Shown here piece after piece: positions 13,301 to 28,300 of a DNA stretch of 59,196 nucleotides; positions within the stretch are counted from its first letter, which is position 1; the number at the start of each line of letters is the position of its first letter. A model generated the notes under the pieces. That model did no database searches. It saw only the letters and a program-made list of their open reading frames with translations, and had not been told where the DNA came from. The stretch spans positions 124,001 to 183,196 of the forward strand of contig NOWV01000154.1 of NCBI GenBank assembly GCA_003344405.1, given 5' to 3'. This stretch comes from Trichoplax sp. H2. Lineage: Eukaryota. The position numbers and the translations under genes were made by a program.

Positions 13301-16300
13301 AACACACTGTAACACTGTTAATACTACAAGATATAATAATATTAACTTAAACTATCTATAGCGCTGTAAAAGTTGAATATTCATGTCTGCAGAAGTCAAA
13401 ACCGTTACATCAATCTTTGACGCTGGTATTACTTCCGATTACCTTTGTCGTCTTTAACTACGGGAGTATGACAAGAATATTCTTAAGTAGAAATTAATAT
13501 CAGTAGCACAGTCATATACACTAAAATTGTTGTTGCGGAAGAGTATTAATTGGTGCTACTATTTAAGTTAAAGCGAAAATATTCATCAACGACTTTCTTG
13601 GTTTTTATTTATGCATAACTAAAACTATCTTTATGATCGTGTTAGTGTGATTATTTTATAGGCCGCAATCTCGTGTAAAGTATAATAAGAAAGTGCTTTC
13701 GTAAGAACTTTTCCTTTGCATCCAATTATTATAAATCGGGTATTACGTGATTTAAATACAAAGGATAGACTATAGTAACTAGAATTTACTTCATAGATTT
13801 AGTATAGAAAATTAGCAATGCAATAATCGTGAATTAATGCAATGTTAATAATACAAAATAATAACAATGCTAAGATGCGACTTATCTAGTTGCCATAGAA
13901 GAGTAAAAAATAATATCTATGCTGAAAAAAATAAGATACATATAATATTATTTAAACAACATATAAGAGAAAGTTACAGACCTTCATCCTGAATTTCGTC
14001 TTTATCTTCAGCATAACTATCAATCCTTTTCAGAAACTTAGATAGCATTTTAACTGTAGAATCTGGATCAGTTTCTCGATCTACACTACCACGACGAGTC
14101 CAACTACCAGATTCAATCGCTAATTGTCTATAATTTTTATTAAATTATGAAAATTAAAGGAAGTTAACTGCATATTTTGTTCCTAAATACGAATTAATCA
14201 ACTTCTCAGATCAATGCGGTTTAGTAAAAGCCGCAATTAATATTTTAATTTCAATTGAGGTATAAAAAATATCGCTTTAGCAAAGAAATCTCTATCTCGT
14301 TGTATTAAAGCTGGTACAGTAATAATCAATAAATGTCCAAATATTACCAAGTCCTATTGATGAATTCTATTTAACTCATAAATATTTTAAGCGTCACATG
14401 TGGTACTAACAGCCAGCTTGTAAATACTCGAAGTAAAAAGTAAATTTTACTCTTCACATTAAAAGCTTTATATAATATAGTGTAATAAATTTTCAAATTT
14501 CATTTCCGTAATAGCGACCCAGTTTAAGTAAAAGAATCCCGTAAAAGTAACTTTAAAATAATGAACTTAAGAGTTTCTTGTTATATTTCAGTAATATTCT
14601 CGCATATATGTTATACAATAAAGTTGAGCAAATCTACATCAGTAGATCTTCTATTACACTTATAAATTGTTACTTTTCATCTAAAACGTTAAGCTTGATG
14701 CAATTATCATATCGAATAGTTATCAGCTTTGACAAGGCTTACAATTAACTAGATAACTACAGAATTACAAGCCCTTCAATTTCTACTGGCGTATGATAGC
14801 GATATTACCAAACATTACCGGTGCATATAGAAAATTTTAGTGCTTAATTAGAGAATTAATTGAAGAAGTCTAAACCTTGATCCCATCATCTGAATTCATT
14901 GCTCTATACATTAGTAAAACCATTAGAGACTCATTATTTAAGAATTTACATAATAAAATTTATCGAGTTAAAATAGATCATAAATATACCAGATTAGGGT
15001 ACAAACTTCAGGATAATGTTTTTAATTATGCTTTATGACCATGTATTTCAATCATAACAAATAATTTGCAGATAGCCCGTATAAAGGATCCAATCATGAA
15101 GTGAACTGATTCAATCTGATACTTTCATTTCCTTATTTTCTCAAAACGATAATATTTACGGCGTTGTTAGGTTATTACATTAAAGATTACAACCTTTTCA
15201 ATTTAGTTTACAGCTACCGATGTGGAATTATTAAGATAACTAAAATTATTTTTCATGATTAATAATATCTTGTCAAGCTATTGTGCAATGTGCTATTGTT
15301 AAACAATTAAGCAGAATAGCTAATTAATGTCGTTGTGGAGAAAACAACGGTAACGAAAGTTAAATATATAGAATAAGTAAATAATTTCTGGTACAATTTG
15401 ACAATTTACAGTAATTTCCTTCATTTATTATTCACAATGACAATATTAACTTCTGTACAATAAGTAAATATTGATAATTAAACATACCATATACAACAAA
15501 TCTGCATCAAGATATGATGATTTTGAGCTACAATTATTTCAGCCTGTAGAATTTCTCCCAAATACTGAAATGATACAATAATGAGGAAGACGTACAAACT
15601 GCTAACAACCTATCATTAGCTGTAACCGGTACTTTTAATATGCAATACTAAGCAGATTTTTTCAACAGAAAAATAAAACTTTGTTGCTGTACAGTATGTA
15701 TTCTAAATGAAGCTAATTATATAAATTCCGTAGCACTATGGTTAATAAAAAGCTGCAGTAAAGCTATTGCCTCGAGAAAATTTGAAAAGTTATAAATTTA
15801 CTGCGTAGATACTAAATTAAAAAATACTACATTTGTGGAAATTATACAGTTACTGTTATATGCCTACCTATTTCATAAACACTTAAGCATTAATCGTAGC
15901 AACTGAAAGAATTAAAGCCGATCTATTTAAAATAGCTGGCGCCAGTAATATGATGTAGTTGATGTTAAGTTATCCTTTTAAAACATTTATAACAATGTAC
16001 CCTATTTGTATTCTATAGTATTAAATAGAAAGTGTTTTACAACAAGGAAATATTAATTAAATCAAATCTGTCATTAACTTTGATAAAAGTAGTAAATTAC
16101 TCTCATTTTCTGTTGATTGCCTAGATTTAATTGATATAGATATCCTGAATGTTTAGTCCGAAAGCTAACAGATTTATGATATATGCATTCAGTTAGCCTA
16201 CTTTTATTAATATTACAGTTTAGACTAAGAATGAAGCTATTTATAGTCCATAGCAATAGCAAAAGGGAAGAGAGTGTTTAGGAAATAAGTATCTTAACGA

Positions 16301-19300
16301 TGAAATTTATCGACAACAAACTATGACTAGCAGATCTTAACCTTGTCATCTCTATTAAATAAACGTAATCAAAGTCTAAAGATTAATAAGATTTTTACAG
16401 AGCGATGTAAAATAGCCATCTACGGTATTATACTTATCATTAACTAAATATTGCCTTCGTGCCTTGTATTGAACTTTAACTTATATTTACCTAAGAAAAA
16501 TGAAGTTCTATCTAGAACTAAGAGAAATTCTTATCAACTGTATCACAGATCGACCGTAGCTGTTGTTTTTAGTCACAAACAAAAGGATTGTTTTTTTAAC
16601 GGTATCTTGAATCTTAATATAATTCTAATTTCTGATGAGATTTTATCCAACTCAACGCAGGATATAATAAGGTATGTATGCAACAATACGCAAGTTACTC
16701 AGTGCTAATAGTATCATAGGTAAAGAGTTTATCGAATTACATTATTATCTACATTTATTTTCATTGTTGTATATTGAATACATTTAACTCGTAGTATTGA
16801 TAGAAATATGATAATCAATTATTTACTAATCATAAATAATTTTACAGAGAGCCTTCTTTAAGTATAAGATAGCTAATAGGATAGTAAAGTATTTTATCGT
16901 TATACTGTACTAAATTAAGTTACTACCTCCCTTAATCAAACTAAGTCCACCTTCGAAATTATTATTTTAATATTTGTGTACAATTTCAGCATTAATAGTT
17001 ATTGCACTATTTTGTTATATTCTTACCAAACAGCTTCGATTTTCACCCTCTTAAACAAATAATAGACCTAGCAAGTCATTTGTTTCTTTAAAGTTTAATA
17101 TTAGCGCTACAGTAATTAAAAAGAAGTTCAATAGGCTATAAGAGTTTTGGCTCTGTATCAGCGATGGTTGTGAAGTCTCTCGTTCGATATTATAACTCAC
17201 GGAAACTTGCGAACTATCTCTATCATTATTGGTAGCAATGATTACCCAATTAATAAGCTAACACTATAAGTAGTCATTATATGCTCTATTTATGTAGATC
17301 AGTCCTTACCAAATCATAGATATTTTAATTAAATGTAACCAAACAGATTACAGGAACAGCAATAGTGTTAAAAAGATCATGTAGCAAGAATTTCAGCATT
17401 ATACTAGTCCGATATTTTCTATTTTATCGTATTCAATTTGTAATGTTCTGGTAAAAATGGGTATGCTAGTATTAATATAAGAGTATTAAAATTTGAATTT
17501 CGTTTGTAGTAATCTCTCTACAAGTTCCAGTTAAATCTGCTGTAATGAAGAAGCCGTATTGATATGAAAGGTGAAAATGTTACTTTCTCATATCTAGAGC
17601 AAGTATCTCATTTTTCTTAGCTATTTATTTTATGGAAACAGAAAATAATTGAAAAATTCAAGATAATCTACAGATAACCTTTTAAAATAATTAAATTTTC
17701 AAATCAAATTTTAAGGAAGATAATTTCTCTACTATGTAACTTGCTACAACTGAATCGATACAATAGCGAATAAACGTCATAGTTATATTGAAAAAGCTCA
17801 AAGTTAGCTAACTTTGCGAAAAAGAAATTACAATTACCTTTGCTATTAAACTGTTAGATTTCATTTATTGCACATTGTGAAAATACGAGCTCAACTTTAG
17901 TTTTCCCTCCCGTTAGTGTTGTAGAATTAGAAAAAGCTTGAAACATTAGTTTTATGTAAGAGTCATATTCTGATATGTGGACAATATTGTTGTTACTATA
18001 AATGGATGCGGACTGGTTTATTAATTATTTATATCATAATATAGTTAAATTATAATAAATTCCCTACGACTCATGTTATACACTTATTTCCATGCTTACT
18101 CGCCATCTGCATAAAATGAATAACTAAATTTGATTTCTTTCCGGCGTTAAAACGAGAAAATAGATGGAGATAACGTCATTTCGATAATGTAAATTTAGAT
18201 TTAGTTATACATATATTGTATGAAAATGGTGGTCATTCGTCTCACTACCTTCATAATTTTGTAAATTAATTATTTGTATCATCTTCATGGTATTCATTAA
18301 CAGAATGAGAAAAAAGGATAATTATGTCGAGATCAATAACAGACACAGCAGTAAGGACAAAGGAAAAATATCAAATCAATTATATTTGGCTATTATGCAA
18401 GATTACATCTATGACTACATTAGCTATATCTTTAAAGGTATAATTTTTAGCCTTTCAAATGATTCTAGCGAGTCGATACTTTACTTTAATAGTGATATTG
18501 ATTGCTGCTATTAATAAAAGAATGATTCTAATCAATATCATTCTTGAAAGAGAAGGAAACCTGAACTTTATAAAATTATATGGTGTATCTACTATTTTCT
18601 CTGAATATTTTACTCGTTTTATCTCTATATTTTAAAAACTTTTATGTAATCTTTCAAACTTTTAAAGCGTCATATGATACTTGATCTAAATAAATCATGA
18701 TATGCATTAAATTAATTTACCCTCAGAAAAGTTTTTCTTTTATTCTCTTTCTTTCCTTATTATATCTGTTTCATATTACTTCTATACCGGTGTCGTGTTA
18801 CAACTACATTTAAGCTATTATTTTAATTTTTCTCTGCTATGTTTCACGTAGTATGCGCAATTTACGAGAAGAAATTAAAATTAGTGATCAAAAAATGCCT
18901 TTAGAAATTAATCATGCGGCTTGATAGCTCTTGATTTTTTCTAATATTTATCACAATTCCCTGCCCTCCATCTTAATAAAAAATTTTAAATCAAGACAAT
19001 AGTACCATTGAGTAACCCTCAAAAATTTGAAAGTAATATGTGATTGGGTTAAACATTAACTTACTAAACGGTACAGTAACTGCTAATCTTAAGATAAGAT
19101 ATAGACTCAAACTAACTTGAACATTCTGTAAATGAGGTATTAAAATGAAAAATTAAGAATAGGGGGTGATAATCTTACCGTTCAATACTGCAAACATTGC
19201 AAATAATATAGCGAGCACCACCATCAGATCTTGGTTCTTGGCAACAAGATTGGCAAACTCGACGTTCGCAGCGGTTACATATAGCACCAGTATTAAAAAA

Positions 19301-22300
19301 CATGCCTAATTTTCCTCTACAACGGCTGCAAACACGTATTCCTGGTTTTTCATGGGAACGAATAACACCTTTATCCTTTAATATCTTTAATCGTTCACGT
19401 AATTGCCTACCATGGTATCAATGCCCGAGACAAAGATAACACAAAACAAAAACAGAAAATATTTCTCGTTAGTAAAATCTTCCTATTAGAAGGAGAAGAA
19501 CTTCAATATCTACGAAGTCTGAAATATGGAATTCAATCACACATAATAGAAGGATGACGATATTAAAAGTGAATATAAATCTCTTGTTCTAAAATCAGTC
19601 CCTGAGATACAATCTAAGGACAAACAAATTAGCTTTGCACAGAATAAGGCTAGTTTCTCTCATAAGATTAAGTTCTAAAGCAGAGCTGAAATATCCTTAT
19701 TAAAGTCGTTATTTGGCTAAAACTGAAGGAGAAGGAATAGGCTTTGCCATTCCTTATTATCAACTGTACTTCAAAAACGAAAAAATTCATCACATATCTG
19801 GATCTGGATTAATTTAAGAATTACACTACAAAGAATTAGTATGAAATTACATGTGTTATATCAAGGCAGAAAATATTAGTACACTACCTTTGAAGGTATG
19901 GAGGAAAGATTGATGTTACAATACGACAGTGGCGATTATGTAATAATGCAGACATAGAACTAGCGTTCTTTGAATCATTCAATGCTGAATTGTACGACGG
20001 CTATAGTAGAATATTTTAAATTGCTACAAAGAATAGAGTTTAATAAAATAAAGTTGTGCAAATATAAATTCTTTTACGGTCAAAATTTTAAATTTCTAAA
20101 ATTCGATTCTTTTACGGGACCCCCTGAAATAAACATTCTAATTTTACTGCAACTCAATGTTTAGACAAATTAGTACCGATAGACTATTTTAAGCATAGCG
20201 AAGAATAGAAATTCAATTTGATATTTAATCTACTTGTATAGTAGTCAATATCTATTTTAATATGGTTATCTAGATAATTATTCCTTTTCGATTCATAGCA
20301 ATAGAAATAGCCTTTTTCATGATTAATGAGATGTACTTGAACTTATGCAAGTGTTACACAAATAAATTCTGATTTTAAACTTTGAATTGTTTCATTTGGT
20401 CAGGGTATCGTAAAATTTTATTTTGGATTCCTATAGCCTTAATATAATTTATTCTCACAGCTCAAGAGATCCCATAGGTGAGTATGTTGGGCTAATTTGA
20501 TTTAAGAAGGCGTTTTCTAGATAAATTTAATTGGATCAGTAAATCGATATGGATGACGACATTCACGAATGTGCAATATCAAATTCACATATAATAATAG
20601 ACCGATTGGTGAACTTAATTATTCTGAAGGCTTAATAAATTATGAAACGTGACTTATTATATTGAAAAAATATCATTTTATTCTTAAGGTCTTAATTTGA
20701 AGGCATCCGACAGATTTTTGTCTAATGTCATTCATGAGGACACCACATCGGGCAACTACAATTAATGGTAAAATCATCACTCTAGTTCGGCCAACAATAT
20801 GCGTTAAAATTTCAGACTGAAGAGAGTAAAATGTCAGCATAATGCGTGTTTAATTAAATAGTTAATTTACTCCAGCGGCCTTAAAAATTTTTTGGTTTAC
20901 TTAGCAAGATAAAGTAGATAGCAAGGGAATATGTTTCATACGATATAATGCTAAGGTAGCATATAATTATTATAATATTAGGCGAAGTGGACAGAAAATA
21001 TAATGCTGTATAGCTATCGCAGCGCATTAGCTAACGCAAACAGAATGTTATAAAATAAACTAGTGCAAAGAATTATCTTCTATATAAATGTGTTATGGAC
21101 TCAAATCATAGAAAAGAATGATAGTTATATGTATGAAAAGGTACTTAACCTAATAAATTTTACTATCTTTGGACAATTGCTAAGAAGGCAGGAAAAACTT
21201 TAATTGAAGATATCTAAAATGTTGCATAATCTAGTAGCGGAATTCATGTGTATAAATTAATAGTAATGCAAGAAAATGAGAAAATCTTTGCAAAGTTTAT
21301 CAGATATCTAGGTAAAATTTAAATCAAAACGTAGGATGACACGAAATGTAGCAAACTAAATTGCGTTAGCATTTTAAACCACTGTAGGTGTTGTACAGTA
21401 AGTAAATAGACGAAGACTATATTGTAACGATTAGATTTTTAATAGACGCTCGAAATAGTCTGCCATTACAATGAATTTATTAGTATTCCTTGTAGTGCGA
21501 CATAGAAGTTGTTTGCATAAAATGAAATAGGCTCTTAAGGAGCGAATTGATATGACAAATACCCAGATAAAATTGCTGTACACGAGAAAAAAGTTTGAAA
21601 GGTTATGATTGTCAAGGAAGGGATGATAGTAGAAGTTATTGAAATAATTAGAAAATCTTACAGTGAGTTAAAGTGATGGAATATAATATGATAGTGTTGG
21701 CGCAGCTCTTAAAATGTCTTTTTATTCTGTATTTTAAATCAATCTACAGCAATTAGTCTAAGCTTGACGCCTCCGTAAATTCTCTCTATTCATTTCTAAT
21801 GTCAGGTGCACAATGGCCATATATAATCTCCTATGACTATCCTTGAATAGGCCTCTCGAATTGGCCTCTCGTGAAAAAAATAAAACGTAAATGTATGATT
21901 GAAGCTGTTATGGATTTAGCTTACGTCCATTTTAAATCATGTTAGCAGAATGATAGCTATAGACAAATAAATATGCTGCAGTACCTTCAATATTAATTAA
22001 ATGTTTCTATCTGGTCAAATATCAATCAAGATAAAACAGTTTTTAAACGAGCTACTTATAAGAACGACTTTTTCAATTACTATGGCCGCCATTTATCAAT
22101 ATGCAAGCTTTTATACAACCATTTGAAGAAATCTACCAGGACTACCGTTACATTAATAAAGTTAAACGCTCAAGCTTACCTTATTCGATCACGTTTTGCT
22201 TCTTGTGTTGTATAATAACGTTCCAAGACATTAAGAATTTTATTCCTTTCTTCATTGTTCAATTGGTGGAGATTCAATTTTGTCATAGTGGCTATCGTAG

Positions 22301-22304
22301 TCAT
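10377..22304 (-). CDS. SYTL: Synaptotagmin-like protein (Slp4/Slp5-type Rab27 effector): Rab-binding SHD with FYVE-type Zn finger, Ser-rich linker, C2A domain
   Basis: Exons 22304-22180 (LNLHQLNNEERNKILNVLER), 19406-19179 (CSRC..CNRCERRVCQSC..CNVC), 14127-13982 (RQLAIESGSW), 12962-12429, 12252-12058, 11978-11935, 11826-11716, 11317-11142 (KGEILFGLRY), 10829-10727 (YIKTYFVPETGKNSKRRTTVKKGTTNPQYNETLK), 10541-10377 (ISIWHQDK..FLGEV..WHKL). All junction phases are compatible. The 3' end is unresolved (read-through to a stop at 10122, or further exons). Confidence 0.85.
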
Positions 22305-25300
22305 TTTATGAATTGGACTAGTTAAATGGTGATAATTCGAGATTTTACAGCATCCACAAGGATTGAAGAAAATTCTCAAGAGTTTATCGGTAACTCTTAT
22401 ATTCAAAGTTGAACGATGACAGCTGAAGTCGACCAGGCAATGACCAACAATAACATAGGATGATACCTTAGCTTTTCTAGTTCGTGAATTGTCAAATTTT
22501 AAGAAACGTAGGAATGAATAAGCAACGGTAGACTGACTCACTCAATTAATCCAATCTTCAGCTGCTAAAAGCTATCATAGAAGTAAAAAGATAATATTAA
22601 AATCGACGATAATTCCAATTAAATGTTACGTCAGCCATAAGGAAAAGATCAGATTGCTAATGAAATAGGCAAATTTTAATTCCTCTTCTGTCTTACAGTG
22701 TGCAGTCTTCATATCTATCTATTAAACATATGTATTATATATGGGGAATTTATCAATACCGAGATAATTATATAATTACCGGCTGGAGTCATCAAAGAAT
22801 CAAAATTTTAAAAAAGTAGTAAACTATCATGGGATTATTTTATGTTAAGATAGAATTGATATCCTCTTAGCATAGGATAGCGAGGTAATCGTGTCAGGAT
22901 AGATTTTTTATCCATACATAATATAAAGAAGAAAATTGTACTACCATGGTATTTTAAATGTGATTATATATCTTTTCATTTAAACCATGGAATGATAATG
23001 ATGAAGAGATTCACATAGCAATGTTCTTCTACGCTATAGTAGTAGCAGAATTAAATTTGTTGTTCTATAAGTGATTACACAATCGAATCCAAAAATTGGT
23101 TGTAAAATAGAAAACGATGAAATCAGTATTATACCTTTCTATATATTAAAGTGTGATTAGCTGCGCGCTTATAAATATAGTAGAATTAAATTGAACTTTC
23201 ATTTTAGATAGCCAAAGAACTTACTCTGCCTTCTGAAAATCTGAGTCCAATAATATTATTTGATCCTACTTTCACTTTTCTATTTTAATTTGATCTATTA
23301 GCCAGTAAAGTAATACTTAACTATAAAATAAAGCTGTAGGAACATACTCTATACTCTATTCTTGAACAAAATTGACAGAATGGAAAGATACTTGATGGAA
23401 GACAGAAATTGATTTAAAATTTGAGTATCGATAATATTACAAACGTATCCGATCATAGATTATTATATACAACACTTGCATCATTGATATCTAGTCTTGT
23501 TAATATGAAATCCATGTTTTCTGTCACTTTATTTTACATACAGGCGGAAAAGAAGTTAAAAAATTATCCTAGTATATAATATACCTACCAACTTAATACA
23601 TCAGCGGCTGCAAACCACCTCAATGTCGTTATGCTCGTATGACTGTGTTTCGTTATCGATTTAAATTCTTGATAGAATACCACTCCCTCTTAACTTATTA
23701 ATTTAACTTGCAACGTTGAAGTCTTGCCTCTTTGCATAAGAAAATGCTTAAAAATTATGAAAGGAAAATACCACACTGGTATGTGTATGCATATATTTCT
23801 AAATTGTACGATTGAATTCGCAATCTAAAGTAAAAAAAGAATTCGTGATCTTGTATTGACTTGGTGTGATTAAAAAAATTGTTGAATTGTTATTGGAATG
23901 AACACGTCTATCTCTAGATTGAAATTGTCACTTTTATTCATTGGTTGGTGTAACAGGACTCAAGACTAACGTAGATTCGGCTTTCAACTGTACTAATTAT
24001 AATGACATTGGCCAAGTTAACTTAAGGCTTATATATGAAGTTACGGGTAGATAGGCTCTCTATCGCTTTATTATAATCTAGTCTCATCAATAGCCAAGTA
24101 TTGTCATAGACAAAATAGAGAGGAAATAATCAATTTTTAGCTATTCTTCTCATTTTTTATTTTGATTTGATTTAATTTGAAAAGAGTAATATAAATTTTT
24201 TCCCCCTTGTCTCCCTATCCTTTTCATCACCCTTAAATTCCCTCAACTACTGCTTTTCTTTCATTGTATTCAATGTTCGATGATAAATGATCATTATCCC
24301 TATTGACTTTGTTTTGCTAATAAAAAATCTTGATTTAATTGTCTACGTGTAGAACAATTAAAATAACTAACTCTGACGTCAATAAGTAAATTGATCAAAG
24401 ACAAGAGGGAAGAGTTGAGTAGTCAGAATCAATGCAGTGAAAATCAATCAAATAATCATGTTTTATTCATTTCAATGTGTTGTTGGGTGTCATGACGAAG
24501 GAAGGTAATAGGATTTAGGGGAAAGGCAATAATACAATAAAAATAAGATGATGATCGATGATATTATCATCGTCATCATTGACATATTGGACTTTACTAT
24601 GAGTACTGTATAAACATATAAGAACGTACACTTAAATTATCGAAAGTGGTTCGGCCCCATTGCTGTTGACATCTGTAGTACAGCATAGTATGTACATTGT
24701 ACAGTTTTCAACTCTTGAATGGCGAGGAGAAAATGACATCAATTTATAAGAATATTCAGCATATTACTAGGAACCAAGAATGAAACTCGTTCCTTTATCA
24801 TCTCTTCTCCCCCTTCGATCTCGAAAGTCTTTTATTTTATTAGCCGATGTAACCAGCAAAACAGAAGATAATAGTATCGATAACTGGGAGCTATGGGTTA
24901 AAGAGGCCTTAACAACTTATTTTTACTATCATAAATAAAAGTACGAGAATGAGAAGCAGATTTCTAAAAAGGCTAAGTAGAGTAAGTAAATACAATTGTT
25001 AACTAAATATCACAATGGAAAAATATTGGATTGGTTTACAATTATTTACCATTCTCTAGCAATATTGATTTATATCTACCATGCATATACAGTATTTATC
25101 ATATACGTACATATATACATTTGCATACCAGCGTTGTACAGGGTATAACGTATTTATTCACTCATGCTCTTGTATATTGGAATATTGTCTATTTACTAGA
25201 ACAATATCTGTCTAATACTGGTGATCATCCTATTCAAGATGTCTGTTATAACTATAATTGAATTGATTTCATACAAGACACTAGTGCTATTCAAGCAGGT

Positions 25301-28300
25301 GTCGAAGTAGACAATATATTCAAGTGATTGCGGAGGCGGATTTTCCTTTTAAGAAATGAATCAATGTAAAACTAAAAATTGTCATTCATATAACATTAGT
25401 GCATCTACTGAATGTATATTAAATTCATAGCTAAACAAATATCCTTATTAATGCAAAATAGGGCCGATCTTGTCATAGTTCAACCTCATTTCAGATCAAG
25501 CACAGCAAGAATATTTTCGTATCTTCTTCTTCTATGCGACACCTCATGCAGCTAACCCTCCATCAATATTAGAAATAATAATAACAACAGCAAGAACAAT
25601 AATAACAAAAATATTACCCATTTAATCTCTCTTTTTACTCTTTATTCACGAAGAGTCCTATCGATATCAAAATTATGTTTTGACTATACGATAATGTAGA
25701 CGATGATTATGATGATAGTCATGGCAAACAAAAATGACATTTCAAAATGTAGAATATTTACTAGATTATTCGTAACCGATATAAATAATACGTATAAAAT
25801 CATCAAGTTACTGTGTCTCTAAGAAAACTGTACTACAATTGCATATCTATAAATCACTCTTAGTAACTCGATGATTTAATATCTAAAATGTTTTTTAGTT
25901 ATTTTATCATACTATCCTAAGTTCTTGATCTAATATCATCCTTTAAACTACCTTATTTCAATTTTTAAACACAGCACATTACACTAATACACAAAAATTA
26001 CAATTAATCTATCTGCTATCCATTAATCTTAATCAATCTACTTTATCGGTAATAGTAGCTACGATTTTCATATAAATTTTTATCACTTTACTGACAACAA
26101 CACCAAGATCATGTTAAGGCTGTGTATTACTACATAATTACTACATCAATTTAGCGTTCGACTGTAAATTTCCAGTAATAATAAACTCCTACGATGTGAT
26201 CTATTCAAGGCACGATAATAGCTTATTCCTCTTCTAAATATCTATTGTGATTTTTATTATTATCATTTCTGTTATTAATGCCAAATACTTTTGTAAAATT
26301 TAGGTCTCACAAGGTTAGAGTAAATTTTAGCCATTTTAGGTAAATTGGTGTAAGAATTAATTCTGGCTAACCTTCACGTAGGTACTATATCGTGTTTAAC
26401 ATGGTTAATAATAATTTTTTTAGTCTTTTTTTATCTCTGCAACATGAATACTAACACACCAGTAGGCACAAAGGTAAAATTGATCGTTTATTTGACCTGA
26501 TAGGCCTTATGGGTAAGATAAACAAGTCGTGCAAGAAATAAGAAGGATCGATCAATCCAGCTTCAAGATCATTTTTAATCATTCCTACTATTCCAGGCTA
26601 GTGTCTATTATTATTAAATCAAATAATAAGAATAAGAAAGCAACTAGAAAGCGGAATTATGAAAATCTTGACAATTAGTAACAAAAATACGTCGTTTTAT
26701 TTCTTGTAATATGACATCAATACCAACAAAACGTTATTATTGACTGACTATAAATACCCACATCGCATAACCATATATGGTTTATAAAAGAATTTCATCA
26801 TTTCTAAATAAGTGAAAATACAGAAAAGGACAACAGCTAACAAACAATAAATGAAATATGCCCTAGTTTTATTTACCTTAAGTGATAGAACATACAACTA
26901 AAATATTAGATTAATACAAAAAAACATGATACTGAAATAGTTGTTACCGCGTTAGTAATTATTGTAAGTTATGATTGTAGTATAAGTGTAAGCATATTAT
27001 GGATATAGCAAATAAAAAGATAATAGAATAACTGAATTGCCTATACTTTCTGGTAAAATGTTGCCATACTCAAGTCAATGGCACTGAACTTTAAAAGAAT
27101 TCTGGAAATCGGTTTGGTTATGGGTATATAGGTAGATATGTTTAAATAAGACCCAGGATTTAACAGTTAGGCTTAAATTCTAATATAACAAAATGTTTTC
27201 CAAATCCTTAAAGCGCATTTATGATTATTTTTGTACGATTTCAGTAATGACAGAGATTATTAGTATACACAATTTGCAATGATAGTCGTTTAACAAACGC
27301 CACCTAAATATCTTGCAAGGCGAGATTAATATGATTTTCGCAGCCAGATAAACCCATCTATCTCATCTTGATCAAATTATTAATCCCTGATATATCATAA
27401 AGTATTGCGCCAATAAATAAAAATTTAAATTCTTACTCCTTAATGGCCCCCTAAATCCACGTTTGGTACAATTATGTCTGCACTTGTCACATAGCCACCT
27501 TAATTTACTGTAATTTTAGCGCAATATAATAACATTGGACTTTAATTATTACCATTAATTCACTTTTAGCACACATCTTCAACACAGCAACAGTCAAAAA
27601 GTGTCAATAAGTTGCGATGCATTTATGAGCAGCACGACACTACAATCATACGAACATAACCTTGTGACCCAAGAAGCGTACTGTTTGCATCAACCGTAAC
27701 CTTTTCCGATAATGTTATTCATTATTATTTTATTAACATATTAGAATTTATCACATCACTGTCATACCCAAAGCTAATAATTTATAACTTCCGCTATTTG
27801 TTTAAGGAATAGCAAATTTTGTTCAGTACATAAAATGTATTCAAAAATCTTCTTTCTAGTAAACACTGCGGTAAGCATTATAAGATATTTCTGCCTATTT
27901 TTTATACGCAAGAATAGTCTTGCGACTATTTCGATACAAATAGACCCTCAAATAGCTTTTGCTACAGTAATCTCAATTTCAATTTGAAATTCTGTGGCAT
28001 CCTATAACCTAAAATAACAAAATCAAATTCTTTAGATAGCTTAAAAACATATTACTAAGCAAGAATGATAAACATAATAGAGTCCAGAACGTCTTCATTG
28101 CCGTCGCTATCAAAGTAAAAAATTGCATCACTACAAGATATCCTGATTGATGATTACGGCTTTTTAGTAACAGTTTTACTAACAATTTTAGTAACAAATT
28201 GTCTTCCATATGATTTCGGTTAGATTGCTTTAAAGGTATTTATTTTAGCAGAAATGCATTAATGATACTTTACTTTGCTGAGGCAAGTTGCAAATACTGT

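Noticed and set aside
24374-24381. Perfect CRE palindrome TGACGTCA upstream of the Slp gene
   Set aside because: A single 8-mer is roughly expected by chance in 59 kb.
24548-24579. Near-perfect palindrome ATGATGATCGATGATA-T-TATCATCGTCATCAT
   Set aside because: Built from low-complexity GAT/ATC triplets, too short for a pre-miRNA, and no second copy seen.
24640-24670. GGTTCG (tRNA T-loop/B-box-like); also near 8097
   Set aside because: No cloverleaf stems or A-box at the proper spacing.
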